Shown: positions 31,594-42,668, counted from the stretch's first letter. The stretch is 64,000 bases of DNA from Promethearchaeota archaeon (GCA_019894975.1 JAGXNO010000017.1:1-64000), one strand, 5' to 3'. Notes: a model not told the origin generated them from the sequence alone. A program made the numbers and translations.

Positions 31594-32010
31594 TTATATA
31601 ATTCCTGAGGCTTCTACTATCTCTTTATGATCAAATGCTAATTTTAAAGATGATATTTTTGATAATGGAACAATTTCCAAGAATTCCGCGTCATCCATAG
31701 CTTTTGGTTTTTCCTTATCTGTTAACGGTTCGCATAAGAAGCCAATAGTTACGTTATGACCCCTAGGATCTCGTTTTGGATTTGAAAAAACCCCAATTAA
31801 CTTTATAATTTTTATGTCAAGGTTAGTTTCTTCCTTTGCTTCACGAATACAAGCATCTTCTACAGTTTCACCGACTTCGACATATCCTCCTGGTAATGCT
31901 AATTCTCCCTTAAAGGGTGATTTTTTACGGTGAATTAAAACAATATCTTTTTTATTGTTTATTAAAATAACCGCATCAGCAGTAAGAAGTGGTGTTATAG
32001 GTTTTGGCAT
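31594..32010 (-). CDS. NUDIX hydrolase (ADP-ribose pyrophosphatase-like)
   Basis: Nudix box PGGYVEVGETVEDACIREAKEET, RDPR, LAFDH; start ATG 32010. Confidence 0.9.
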   Translation of the reverse strand: MPKPITPLLTADAVILINNKKDIVLIHRKKSPFKGELALPGGYVEVGETVEDACIREAKEETNLDIKIIKLIGVFSNPKRDPRGHNVTIGFLCEPLTDKEKPKAMDDAEFLEIVPLSKISSLKLAFDHKEIVEASGII

Positions 32011-32014
32011 TATT

Positions 32015-32836
32015 TCATTCATCCCATACCTCAGATGCAAGCAAGTGTTCTATTCTGGTTTTTCTAGGTCGAATAAATTCAGTATGATGTGCCTTACGCT
32101 CAACTAATAAAGATTTTTCAAGATTATCTGAATTTACTATGTATACTTCTAAATCTCCCTCATCTAGATATATATGATTAAAACTAGGTGAATCATCAGA
32201 TCGAACTTTGTTTGAAGTTGAGGTACCGCAGTACAAGAATGTAGTATTCGATGAGTTTCGCCAGGAAATAGTATAAGCGTGAGGGACGTGCCTATGACCC
32301 ATTAGTACTAGATCAATTTCAAATAACTGGGTGAATTCTAAGATTTCTCCTGCGTCTCGAACAGTAGTAAATTTCTGTCCTGACATTGGAATTGGAATTA
32401 AATGATGATGCAATGCCATTATTCTATTTTCTAAATTTTTATCGAATTGGCGCCCTAACCAATCTAATTGTTCATCACCAATCATTCCTTCGGCCATATC
32501 ATCTCTTGCAGAGCAAACTCCTACAATAATACTATTTTTATCTTCAAGAAGCATTCTAGAACGTCTAGGACCTATAATTTTTTCAAAAAATATTATTCCT
32601 GAGTTCTTCGCATCATGGTTTCCTGGAACTGCTAGAAAATTAGATATTTCTTTTAACTGATTAAGATAAGGTAGAAAATTCTTATATTGAATAACCCTTC
32701 CTTTGTGTACAATATCCCCAGTACAAATCACTACATCGGGTTTAGTTTCTTTAACATAATTGATTATATTTTCAAAAAGATCTTCTCGAAATTCACTACC
32801 ATAGTGGAGATCACTGATCTGTATTATTTCAACCAT
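32015..32836 (-). CDS. Calcineurin-like metallophosphoesterase (CpdA/Icc-like)
   Basis: SDLH, TGD, PGNHD, HHH, GHRH. Confidence 0.9.
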   Translation of the reverse strand: MVEIIQISDLHYGSEFREDLFENIINYVKETKPDVVICTGDIVHKGRVIQYKNFLPYLNQLKEISNFLAVPGNHDAKNSGIIFFEKIIGPRRSRMLLEDKNSIIVGVCSARDDMAEGMIGDEQLDWLGRQFDKNLENRIMALHHHLIPIPMSGQKFTTVRDAGEILEFTQLFEIDLVLMGHRHVPHAYTISWRNSSNTTFLYCGTSTSNKVRSDDSPSFNHIYLDEGDLEVYIVNSDNLEKSLLVERKAHHTEFIRPRKTRIEHLLASEVWDE

Positions 32837-33001
32837 ATTTTTAACATCCTCTTACATTATACTCATATATTAGGAGAGATTTTCTAATAAATATAAATTT
32901 AATAGTAAGCACTAAATTTAAAATGTTTTTGATAGAAAAGTACCAAAACTAAAAAAAATAAAAATGGGAATTATAACAAAATTCTGAATAACATTTAAGT
33001 C

Positions 33002-33178
33002 TTAAACCTCTATACTAAGAGATTGTATAAAAGTATTGAGGTTATGCTCAAATTTACGCTTCTTTGCTAATAATTCAAGATTATTCTTGTTATTGCATTC
33101 AAAACAGATACCAATAACATTAATATAACGTAAACCCCCACATTGGGGGCATATAAACTCTTTATATATAGTTTTCAT
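33002..33178 (-). CDS. Small Cys4 (zinc-ribbon-like) protein, 58 aa (not in ORF track)
   Basis: MKTIYKEFICPQCGGLRYINVIGICFECNNKNNLELLAKKRKFEHNLNTFIQSLSIEV*; AGGAGG RBS upstream. Confidence 0.75.
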   Translation of the reverse strand: MKTIYKEFICPQCGGLRYINVIGICFECNNKNNLELLAKKRKFEHNLNTFIQSLSIEV

Positions 33179-33307
33179 TTTTTTTTCCTCCTAAATTTAT
33201 ATTTCAATATTTTTTTACTCTCAACTTAGATTATTAGAAGAAGCTTAGAATTAAAAGAACTTTCGTCATATTATATAATGTCTATATAGTCTATATATGT
33301 GAGTTTA

Positions 33308-34420
33308 CTATTTACTACTAATATCTTTATTTAGTTTCCTACCTGCCAGATAAAGAATACAACATCCTGGACATATTGACATAAACTTGTTTTGAAGCAT
33401 GTATTCTCGAAATTTCTGATATCTATCCCCATTCCAAATTTCTTCAAAACTTTGCTCATGTAAGTTTCCCATTGTAAGATCATAGTATACATGACACGGA
33501 GCTAAATCTCCAGAAGCAGTGATATCTACTGAATACCAAGGAACTAAGCAACTTTGATATGTATCCGTCATTTTATCCCAATCTGCTTTTAAATAAGCAG
33601 AAAGATTTTCTCGAGAAAAAGTTGGTGGTAATAACAAAATTTTTTTTCCAAGTGATCCCAAGGTTTTATAGACTTTATTTACTTGTAGTGCCAACTCCCT
33701 TGTATTCATTCCATTGAAATCATCGGGAGAACGTAATAATCCCCGCCAGTACCTCTCGCTTGTAATATTAAATTCAGATTTAAGGAAGTTTGAATAAGAA
33801 TCACCCATCTGAGCCGTCAGAAAGTTTTCCATTTGAATTGATACTCTATCAATCGCTGAAAGATTGAGTTCTTCGAGGAAGAATTGTTCAATTGATAGGA
33901 AATTTGTTGGAGTGATTGTATAAATTACATCAATAATTGGTATACGCTTTCCATTTTTTAATTTTTCTTGGTAAAGGGTCTCAATCCCTGCCATTGCTTT
34001 GTCAAAACTACCTTTTCCACGTTGAAGATCATTAATTTCGCGAGGACCATCAATTGATACTCTAACAGAATCAAACCCTGTTCGTACAAGCATGGAAGCA
34101 TGTTCCTCTAACATTGTACCGTTAGTAGGAGTATCAATTATTGATCCCAATCCTTTTACTGTGAGAATTAATTCCTCTAATTGTGGGTATAATAAGGGTT
34201 CTCCGCCAAATAGACTATAAAATGGTTTAACCGATGACAAAAAATGTAAAACAGGATTCAATAATTCAAAATCTAAAACTTCAGGTTTTCTACTTGTTTC
34301 AGCATTAGAATAACACCCTGTTTCACCCCAATAATAACACATTTTACAACGAAGATTACATGCTTCTGTCACCTGGAGTGCTACACTACGAGGTAGATTA
34401 CTTGTTTTTTTAAGTGGCAT
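33308..34420 (-). CDS. Radical SAM protein with SPASM/Twitch domain
   Basis: CNLRCKMC, GGEP, TNG, SIDG; C..PW...G.LAPC...GNL...IWNG...CPGCC. Confidence 0.9.
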   Translation of the reverse strand: MPLKKTSNLPRSVALQVTEACNLRCKMCYYWGETGCYSNAETSRKPEVLDFELLNPVLHFLSSVKPFYSLFGGEPLLYPQLEELILTVKGLGSIIDTPTNGTMLEEHASMLVRTGFDSVRVSIDGPREINDLQRGKGSFDKAMAGIETLYQEKLKNGKRIPIIDVIYTITPTNFLSIEQFFLEELNLSAIDRVSIQMENFLTAQMGDSYSNFLKSEFNITSERYWRGLLRSPDDFNGMNTRELALQVNKVYKTLGSLGKKILLLPPTFSRENLSAYLKADWDKMTDTYQSCLVPWYSVDITASGDLAPCHVYYDLTMGNLHEQSFEEIWNGDRYQKFREYMLQNKFMSICPGCCILYLAGRKLNKDISSK

Positions 34421-34425
34421 TTTAT

Positions 34426-37386
34426 CTAAGAGATTTTTAAATTATCAATGATATATGATTTAACTTCATTTATGCTAATATTTTCAATAACCCCTTGCCC
34501 AAAGTCCTTTTTTCCACCACCTTTTCCATTGAATTGAGTCACTAATTCCTTTATGAAAGCGCCAACACTAAATTCAGATTCTTGGGCAGGTTTAGAACCA
34601 ATCATTCCTAATATCATTATTCCATTCTCAGTTTTATTTAGAAAAATAGTGATAAGATCTTCATAGTTCTTCATTAATCTCATTGAGAAGTTTTTTAAAT
34701 CATTCTGGGGTAGATTGTTGAAAACTTCGATAATTAGTTTATAATCTTCATATTTCTGAGCTTTCTTAACCAAATCTCTAATATAATCATCACTCAGAAA
34801 GTTCTTTAATTGTTGGATTTTTTCTATTCCTTCAGACCACTCTAAATATAATTTTTGGATCTTAGTTGGAACATCTTCTTTTTTAGTGTTTAGGAAAATA
34901 CTAATTTCTGTTAATACATCTCCCTCAAATATTTCAGAAGAGGTTAATTGTACATCTGTTTCATCTATTTTACCAGATTTGAGTGATTTATTTATATTTT
35001 TCCACTTTTCAAATAATTCTTCTGTACGACTCAAGAGAAATTTACGTTCGACTTTTAAAATATTTTTAATTTCTTGGAGAATTCTTTTATGCTTTTGCTT
35101 TAACTTATTTGTGGCTTCTCCAGCTACAAAAGTGAGTCTTACAATTCCATCTTGAATTTTTTGTGCTTTAGTTATATGTATATAACCCGTTTCTGAGGTG
35201 TTATTTAAGTGAGTACCTCCGCATGCTTCAACATCTATACCAGGTATCTCAACAATTCTTAGTTTTTTACCAGGTACAGCCCCTCCTTGATATATACTCA
35301 TTCCGTAATTTTTCTCTGCTTCTGAGCGTGGAATGAAACTAAGGTTTAGATTTAAACCTTTTTCTACAATTTCATTAGAGCGCCTTTCAATCTCTGCAAG
35401 TTTATCCCTAGGAATTATTTCATAATGAGTAATATCCAGGTGAGAATTTTTGATTGTTTTTTTCGCTCCAGCTTGATTAATATGACTGCCCAAAATATCT
35501 CGAGCAGCAGCATTTACAATATGGGTAGCAGTATGATGTTGAGAAAGTTGTTTCCGCCATTCTTTGTCCACTTCAATCTGTACAAAATCTCCTTCCTTAA
35601 AGTTTGGTTTTTCATCTAAAACATGAATAGTATATTTACCTTGTTTAAATGCATCTGAGAATTTTTGATTGTTAATAAATCCAATATCATGAAGTTGACC
35701 TCCTGATGTAGGATATGTAACTGTTTTATCAACAATCACCATATTATCAATTATTTTTAAAACTTTAGCACTATTTGAAGTCTCTGTGTAATCATAGTAA
35801 TATAGAGAATCAGTTTCTGGAATCCCTTCCAAATCTAATTCTATTTCTTTTTTCGTTGCATGAATTTGTTCAACTTTTTCATGTTTTTCAACTACTTGGG
35901 TATAAAAATCGTCAGGGATTTTAATTTTTACATTAAATTTCTTAGCAGCCTGTTTCACCATATCTGGACTTATTCCATTTGAATCATACAATTCAATCAA
36001 AGTTTCGGCAGAGATATCCCCTTTTTTAAGAATTCTCTCCAAAATCTTACCTGCTTTCTTCTTGGTTGCGTAAAATTTCTTCTTTTCAATGTCAAGAATT
36101 TCTCTAACTTCTTTTAAGTGTTCTGACACTTCAGGAAAAATACCTTCTAATTCTTCTGCATGCCAAACACAAACGTCTGCCATGTCAATATCCCATTTAA
36201 ATAGATCAATAAAACTGAAGGCACGTCTAAAAATTACTCTAAGATTATACCCTCCTCCAACATTTGAAGGAAGTTTCCCATCATTAATTGCAAATAATAA
36301 ACTACGAGCATGGTCAGCAATAGAATAAAGGGCTGTCATCGGTAATATTATTTTTTTTAGTTCTTTCGCCTTTATATTCAGTTCCTTCGCAACTCGCTCC
36401 CAAGCTTCATCCATATCGTCTACTTCATCATTATTTAAGTAAGCTGAATACTGAGAAAACTTATTATATAATTCTAAATCCAATTCTATTTCTGTAGCAG
36501 CTCTCAATTTTGATAGTACATAAGGAAAAATTGCCTCATATATATTTGGGGTTCCTTGGGAAAACCAGGCTACACGTTCCTGTCCAAGACCCATATCTAG
36601 CACCTTTAACTTTAACTCTCGAGGACCATCTGGAGTTTGTTCAAACATAGTATAAACTTGGTTAAATAATTCAACTCCTCTACTAAAAAACTCAAGGCTA
36701 CAACCAAATGAGCCCCCACCGACCCAAGAATCCTCATGAATAGTTATTTCTTCTTTAGGTAACCCGACTCCTTCATGGATAAAATCATGAATATCAATAA
36801 ATAGTTCTTCTTGGTTCCATTCTTCAGGAGGTACAAATTGATGTTGCCCTATCATTACAAAACCAGTATTATGGGAACCTGTAATCCCCACGTTTTCAAT
36901 ATCATTAAACCTTAAACAAAATTGTGGGATAATAAGCTTCTTAGCAGGAGGTTCTACTTCACCAGTTATAACATAAGGTTGAAATGCTGAAATTGATGCG
37001 ATAGTAAATTCTAAAGTGGGGTTCCATCGGGCGACACATGGGTATCTCTTAACGGGAACATAACCTCTTGGTTCTAAAATCTCAACAAATTTTTCCCACA
37101 CACCAATAAAAGACAATTTCACTTGAGATGGATTATCAATAACCACTTGAAATCCCCCAGAACATACAGGTTCTCCGCAAACTTCTCTTTTCTGGAGTGT
37201 TGTCCAAAAGTAATTACCACAACATTCACAAAGTTTTCTCATATAACCCAAACGTTTAAGTTCCTTAGTGGGAAAATATTCATCTGGATTTCTTGAAGTA
37301 ATTTTTTTGAAAACTTTTTTTAGTTGTTTATCCGTTTGAGCTTTAGCAAGTTCCTTCTGATCTTCTTCTGAGAGCAAATTAATCAA
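34426..37386 (-). CDS. alaS: Alanine--tRNA ligase (archaeal type)
   Basis: N-terminal Zn ribbon, QFCLRFND, LDMGLGQER, IADH, GGQLHD, HHTATH, ACGGTH, GGGKKDFGQG. Confidence 0.95.
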   Translation of the reverse strand: MINLLSEEDQKELAKAQTDKQLKKVFKKITSRNPDEYFPTKELKRLGYMRKLCECCGNYFWTTLQKREVCGEPVCSGGFQVVIDNPSQVKLSFIGVWEKFVEILEPRGYVPVKRYPCVARWNPTLEFTIASISAFQPYVITGEVEPPAKKLIIPQFCLRFNDIENVGITGSHNTGFVMIGQHQFVPPEEWNQEELFIDIHDFIHEGVGLPKEEITIHEDSWVGGGSFGCSLEFFSRGVELFNQVYTMFEQTPDGPRELKLKVLDMGLGQERVAWFSQGTPNIYEAIFPYVLSKLRAATEIELDLELYNKFSQYSAYLNNDEVDDMDEAWERVAKELNIKAKELKKIILPMTALYSIADHARSLLFAINDGKLPSNVGGGYNLRVIFRRAFSFIDLFKWDIDMADVCVWHAEELEGIFPEVSEHLKEVREILDIEKKKFYATKKKAGKILERILKKGDISAETLIELYDSNGISPDMVKQAAKKFNVKIKIPDDFYTQVVEKHEKVEQIHATKKEIELDLEGIPETDSLYYYDYTETSNSAKVLKIIDNMVIVDKTVTYPTSGGQLHDIGFINNQKFSDAFKQGKYTIHVLDEKPNFKEGDFVQIEVDKEWRKQLSQHHTATHIVNAAARDILGSHINQAGAKKTIKNSHLDITHYEIIPRDKLAEIERRSNEIVEKGLNLNLSFIPRSEAEKNYGMSIYQGGAVPGKKLRIVEIPGIDVEACGGTHLNNTSETGYIHITKAQKIQDGIVRLTFVAGEATNKLKQKHKRILQEIKNILKVERKFLLSRTEELFEKWKNINKSLKSGKIDETDVQLTSSEIFEGDVLTEISIFLNTKKEDVPTKIQKLYLEWSEGIEKIQQLKNFLSDDYIRDLVKKAQKYEDYKLIIEVFNNLPQNDLKNFSMRLMKNYEDLITIFLNKTENGIMILGMIGSKPAQESEFSVGAFIKELVTQFNGKGGGKKDFGQGVIENISINEVKSYIIDNLKIS

Positions 37387-37629
37387 TTTATAAAAATCTA
37401 TACTTATTTATGGAATAGTTAAAAGTATTATGAATCTCCTTTAAAACTTTCATTAAAATAATTATTATCTAACAACGCGTTTCTACAATTTCTAAATTAA
37501 CCTTTTAATATAAAGCAGTAACCTTCTTACTACTACTCTACGGATAAACCTTTTATATTATTGTGTAAATGTTAACTTACATTTTAGTCATTTTCAAAAA
37601 AAAGAAAAATTAAATGAATAACTTTTTTT

Positions 37630-38706
37630 TTATATAATATAATTTGATGCCCTTTTCAATGCAATTTCTGCATCCTTTACACATTTTTCGATGATATTCG
37701 AAACACTTTCAATACTGCTGATAACCCCGATGCTCTGTCCTAACGGGACGATACCAGACTGTAAATCTCCCTCATAAATGGCATAGTTTTTTACAAAATC
37801 CTTTCTGTATTCTTCTTTCAATTGTTCTTCGGTCATTTTAGCACGTTTTTGGAGGATAGCTTGTTCCTGAGCTATCTTTTCTTCCCTTGATTTTATTGAA
37901 TCTTTTGCTGTAGAGTACTCATTCTTCCACATTCGTATTATGCTAAGATTACCCGTCCTTACTATAGTATCCGAAGCTTTAGCTTCAGGTATTATATCTT
38001 TATAATTTTGATGAAATTCACTATCATTCGAAGCAATAAATCTTGAACCCATGCTGATACCATCAGCTCCAGCTGCAAGAGCTAAAGCTAAACCCGCTCC
38101 ATTTGCATATCCCCCAGCAGCTATCTTTGGTATATCTGGATGTTTTTGCTGTACTTGTTGTAATAAGGTGACCCCCCCCACCCGTTCATATGCTTGGTGA
38201 CCACCTGCCTCAAATCCGTTTACTACAAGACCATCACATCCCGCTGCAACACATTTATCTGCTAACCAAAGTGCTGGAGCCACATGGAAGTGTTTAATCT
38301 GTGAGTTTTTTCTCAATTTTTGAAAATCTTTGTTCTTAGGCATTCGTGTTGCTGAACCCGCACTAGTGAGTGCATAAAGACATTGTTCTTTTAGCTTATC
38401 ATTTTCTAATATATGCCGAGAAGTTTCAGAGATTAATTTGTCGATTCCAGGTTCTACCCGTGATGTTCTTATGTTGAATCCAAAAATTCCGTCAGTGTGC
38501 TCAACGACATAATCAAGATTTTTTATCATTGCCTCAACATAATTAGATTCAAATCCAGAAGGTGATGCGGGTGTATGAGATATCATTCCAAGCCCGCCAG
38601 CTTCAGAGGTAGCAATGCATAAGTCATTTGTTCTGAAAGGTCCCATAGCTGCTGATGCTATGGGATGCTTTATTCCAAACATTTCAGTTATTTTCGTTTT
38701 TAACAT
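37630..38706 (-). CDS. Nitronate monooxygenase/FabK-like FMN oxidoreductase
   Basis: KTKITEMFGIKHPI, SEAGGLG, EAGGH, AAGG, MGSRF. Confidence 0.85.
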   Translation of the reverse strand: MLKTKITEMFGIKHPIASAAMGPFRTNDLCIATSEAGGLGMISHTPASPSGFESNYVEAMIKNLDYVVEHTDGIFGFNIRTSRVEPGIDKLISETSRHILENDKLKEQCLYALTSAGSATRMPKNKDFQKLRKNSQIKHFHVAPALWLADKCVAAGCDGLVVNGFEAGGHQAYERVGGVTLLQQVQQKHPDIPKIAAGGYANGAGLALALAAGADGISMGSRFIASNDSEFHQNYKDIIPEAKASDTIVRTGNLSIIRMWKNEYSTAKDSIKSREEKIAQEQAILQKRAKMTEEQLKEEYRKDFVKNYAIYEGDLQSGIVPLGQSIGVISSIESVSNIIEKCVKDAEIALKRASNYII

Positions 38707-38921
38707 AACCCGAATCCCATTTTTGGTATTATAGAATTTAAACTCGTTTATAAATTGGTTTTTTAGTGTAATGAATTATATTCAAAAAAACTTACTGTTT
38801 GATTTTCTTCTATAATAGAATCTTGAATATTTAGTGATAATGAGGAGATAAAGGCAAAAGATAAATTGAGGGGAACTATTATCTTATTAAAAAAGACTCA
38901 CAAGTGGCTTAAATAATTAAA

Positions 38922-39116
38922 TTGAAGGCAACAAAGCGAATAGATATTAAAGCCGGTATGAACGTTTTAATCGTATTAAAGAAAGACCAGCGATCTGGTA
39001 AGCTAACTGAAGGTATAGTCAAAGATGTGCTTACAAACTCTCCTAATCATCATCATGGGATTAAAGTTCGATTGAGGAGCGGTAAAATTGGACGAGTGAA
39101 AGAAATAATAAGCTAG
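38922..39116 (+). CDS. ywbE: YwbE (DUF2196)-family protein
   Basis: LKKDQRSGKLTEGIVKDVLTNSPNHHHGIKVRL..G.IGRV. Confidence 0.85.
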   Translation: MKATKRIDIKAGMNVLIVLKKDQRSGKLTEGIVKDVLTNSPNHHHGIKVRLRSGKIGRVKEIIS

Positions 39117-39425
39117 TATGCCATGTTTAATTTTTTAAAACTTATAATTTCATAAATACCAAGAGTATTTAGGCAATGTAACTCTTTTTTACTAAATAAT
39201 GGGGTTTTTTTTAGTAATTATTACTTCTAAATATTGAAGATTTATTCGTCGAATAATAAGACATTTTAGATGCTTTCTATATGATTGCATCAATTATGAT
39301 TTCTTCTTCTGAGATGGGGTATGTAATTATTTTAATGATGAGACCCGCTCATAGATTTTTCCAAAATAAAAACAAGAGGATTTATACGAGCGTAGGTAAA
39401 GGAGAAACCCACAACAGAAAGAAAA

Positions 39426-40871
39426 ATGATAATAAAAATGTTAAAAGAAACACATAGAATGACCGGAACGGTCAAATGGTATAATGAAAAGAAAGGATTT
39501 GGATTTATAACATCCGATATGAACAGTGAAGATGTTTTTTTACACCATACTGCACTGCAACCAGACGAGGATGTACCTATCGTCACTGGCGATCGCATTA
39601 CTTTTGCAATCCAAAAACAAGAAAAAGGACCCGCTGCTCTTGAAGTAGAACGGTTCTCAGAAGAGATTGAGATATTACAGTCTAATCAAGCTGGTAGTGG
39701 TATAAAATTTACTGATCTCGACCTAAACCCAGAAATATTACACGCAATAAGAGATGCTGGCTATGTAGACCCGACACCAATTCAAGTGCAGGCAATCCCG
39801 ATAGTTATGAAGGGGAAAGATTTGCTAGGGTGTGCCCAGACTGGAACAGGTAAAACTGCTGCATTTGCGTTTCCGATCCTGCAGCGATTGATGAATACAC
39901 CAAGCAAAGACAGATTGAATATCATAAATAACAACAAGTACAAAATAATACGTAAAATACGGGTGTTAGTACTTTCGCCCACGAGAGAGCTGGCAATCCA
40001 GATTGCAGATAGTTTCAGTATGTATGGAAAATACACTGGACTAAATAACACGGTCATCTACGGAGGAGTTAGTCAAAATCCACAGGTTGCAAAGTTAAAG
40101 CAAGGAATAGATATTGTAGTTGCCACACCTGGTAGATTACTCGACTTGATGAGACAAGGACACGTAAATCTGAGTCATGTCGAGGTATTGATTTTGGACG
40201 AAGGCGACAGAATGCTTGATATGGGTTTCATCCACGATATTCGTTCTATCGTTAAGATGGTGACACAAAAGAACCGACAGACCTTGCTTTTTTCTGCTAC
40301 AATACCTCGTGAAATAATTAAATTCGCGAAAAATCTTCTGCATGATCCCGTCCATATAAATATATCTCCCGACGAACCCACCTTGGAAATTATTAAACAG
40401 GCTGCATTTTTTACATTAAAAGAGAAAAAACAAAAATTGTTGGAATATTTACTTGCCGATTCAACTATTACACGAGCATTGGTTTTTACGCGTACCAAAC
40501 ACGGCGCGAATCGAGTTGTTAAGAACCTGCAAAGGAGGAGAATACGAGCTGATTCAATACATGGAAATAAATCACAGTTTGCGCGTCAAAATGCGCTTAA
40601 AGATTTTCGTAAAGGAAAAGTTCGAGTGTTGGTAGCTACTGATGTTGCTTCACGCGGTCTTGACGTAGATAACATCTCACACATCATCCAGTTTGACTTA
40701 CCAGATAATCCGGAAACTTATTTGCATCGCATCGGTCGGACAGCAAGAGCAGGTGCAGGAGGAACTGCCTTTGCATTCTGCGAAAAAAATCAACGCCGAC
40801 AATTAAAAGAAATCGAAAAATTGATTCGGATGAAGGTGAAAATAGTCCAAAACCACCCCTACACCATTTAA
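39426..40871 (+). CDS. Cold-shock domain fused to RhlE-like DEAD-box RNA helicase
   Basis: CSD GTVKWYNEKKGFGFI...DVFLHH; Q motif PTPIQ, AQTGTGKT, PTRELA, DEGD, SAT, HRIGRTAR. Confidence 0.9.
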   Translation: MIIKMLKETHRMTGTVKWYNEKKGFGFITSDMNSEDVFLHHTALQPDEDVPIVTGDRITFAIQKQEKGPAALEVERFSEEIEILQSNQAGSGIKFTDLDLNPEILHAIRDAGYVDPTPIQVQAIPIVMKGKDLLGCAQTGTGKTAAFAFPILQRLMNTPSKDRLNIINNNKYKIIRKIRVLVLSPTRELAIQIADSFSMYGKYTGLNNTVIYGGVSQNPQVAKLKQGIDIVVATPGRLLDLMRQGHVNLSHVEVLILDEGDRMLDMGFIHDIRSIVKMVTQKNRQTLLFSATIPREIIKFAKNLLHDPVHINISPDEPTLEIIKQAAFFTLKEKKQKLLEYLLADSTITRALVFTRTKHGANRVVKNLQRRRIRADSIHGNKSQFARQNALKDFRKGKVRVLVATDVASRGLDVDNISHIIQFDLPDNPETYLHRIGRTARAGAGGTAFAFCEKNQRRQLKEIEKLIRMKVKIVQNHPYTI

Positions 40872-40970
40872 TTTCTTTAGAGCATCCTTCAATTGATTAA
40901 AAGATAAGAAGGGTTGTGATACAATATAGAAAGTTCTTAATTTTTTTCTATAATAAAATATGTCGTAGAT

Positions 40971-41435
40971 TTATTTATTAAATTCTAATATTTGAAGTCT
41001 CGAATAACCTAGTTTAATAAAGTCATAGTCAAGTAATTCAATTTTTTCAGGAATTATCTTCAAAAGCAATTTCCTCTTTCCTCGAACAATTTTTTGAACC
41101 TTCTCGAATTCTTCATCTCCTTCCTTCAAAAAAATCAAATTTTTTTTACCCGAAGCAGTAATTTGCATACCTTGAATTTTACCTTCAGACATGGGTGTGT
41201 AAATACCGATGCTTATTTCAGGATTCTCCTCTATATTTTTAACTTTTCTTCCTGGAGCAGGTCCGACATAAATATTAAAACTATCTTGATCCGTATAAAA
41301 ATCCATAGGAGTTGCGCGTGGGATGTTGTTACTACAAGTACATAAAACTAGCACTTTTCTTTTATCTAAATACTCTCGAATTTCTCTTTTTAACTCATCT
41401 TCTGGCATTTTTTGGGATGTCATACTGATTATCAC
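40971..41435 (-). CDS. Pyridoxamine-5'-phosphate-oxidase-like split-barrel flavin/F420-binding protein
   Basis: VLCT...PRATPM, KVKNIEENPEISI. Confidence 0.75.
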   Translation of the reverse strand: MIISMTSQKMPEDELKREIREYLDKRKVLVLCTCSNNIPRATPMDFYTDQDSFNIYVGPAPGRKVKNIEENPEISIGIYTPMSEGKIQGMQITASGKKNLIFLKEGDEEFEKVQKIVRGKRKLLLKIIPEKIELLDYDFIKLGYSRLQILEFNK

Positions 41436-41516
41436 CTAAAATTTAACTTGATTCATATTTTTACATGAAGCATACAAGATAAATCTTGAAAAATTAAGAA
41501 GAAATAATTGATTTTT

Positions 41517-42668
41517 TTAGAACCCTACTATATTTAGTGGTGAGGAATCATTATCAGAATCCATTGCGTCCCGAACGTATGGACTAACAGGTCCTGATGC
41601 TAGAACCATAATTTTTACCTTGGATCCCATCTCTGGTTTATTTTGAACCCCAAATTTTAATTGAGCTGACTGAGGAATTCCATTTGTTATAGTAGATACC
41701 ACGCTATCAACTTTTGATAAAGAAAGTGTATGATCACCAGTTACTGATACAATAGCTCTCTGGACTTGGCTTGTATCTGGATTCAGAAGAGGATTATTCA
41801 ATGCTAATTTAGATTTTTCTATTAGATCCGCATCATCTCCAACAGATTCGGCTATTCCTACTAAACCAGTTGGATATTTTTCATTCTTTACAAATATTCG
41901 TCTTACATCGGCAAAATCTATGTTAACTAACCCACAATTGTTAATCAAATTAACTACTTCACCAATATTTCTAATTAGAACTTCATCCATAATTTTAAAA
42001 CCAGTTATCATCGGAATTTTCCCAACAATGCGCAAAAGGTTATCGTTTGGAATAGTAATTAGAAAATCAGAATAATCTGCTAACTCTTTTAGCCCTTGTT
42101 TTGCTCTTAATCCTCTTTGAACTCCTTCGGAATTAAATGGTAGGGAACAAAAAGTAACTACAAGTGCTTTATTCTTTTTTGCTTCTTGAGCTACAATAGG
42201 TGCTGCACCAGTACCAGTGCCCCCTCCTAACCCACAGGTTAAGAATACAATATCAGCATTAAGGATATTACTCAACCTGTCTCGATCTTCTTCAGCAGCT
42301 TCTCCTCCAATTGAAGGATCATTCCCTGAACCTAATCCCTGACATTTTTCTTTACCGATTAAAACTTTCTGGCTTGCATTAGAATAATATAAATCATGGG
42401 CATCTGTATTTATGCATATTGAATCTGCATTAGTAATCCCGATATCCTCTAGACGTGAAACTGTATTATTTCCCGCACCACCAACGCCTACTACCAGTGA
42501 TTTAATCTTGAGTACTTTCAATAAGTCTGCTAAATAATTATCATCGTCGCAATTTGGGTTTGTATTAGGATTTTGATTATGCTGAGCAATTTCATTAAAT
42601 CTTTCTCTTACTGACGTTCGAGATTTTGCAATGTTTAAAATATCATCAACACTCATAAAATTCATCAT
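41517..42668 (-). CDS. ftsZ: Cell division GTPase FtsZ
   Basis: VGVGGAGNN, INTD, GLGGGTGTGAAP, PNDNL, VNIDFADV. Confidence 0.95.
   Translation of the reverse strand: MMNFMSVDDILNIAKSRTSVRERFNEIAQHNQNPNTNPNCDDDNYLADLLKVLKIKSLVVGVGGAGNNTVSRLEDIGITNADSICINTDAHDLYYSNASQKVLIGKEKCQGLGSGNDPSIGGEAAEEDRDRLSNILNADIVFLTCGLGGGTGTGAAPIVAQEAKKNKALVVTFCSLPFNSEGVQRGLRAKQGLKELADYSDFLITIPNDNLLRIVGKIPMITGFKIMDEVLIRNIGEVVNLINNCGLVNIDFADVRRIFVKNEKYPTGLVGIAESVGDDADLIEKSKLALNNPLLNPDTSQVQRAIVSVTGDHTLSLSKVDSVVSTITNGIPQSAQLKFGVQNKPEMGSKVKIMVLASGPVSPYVRDAMDSDNDSSPLNIVGF

Noticed and set aside
39300-39360. Possible RNA thermometer upstream of the CSD-helicase
   Set aside because: Only an imperfect pairing (tgagatgggg/cccgctca); cannot be supported without folding and TSS data
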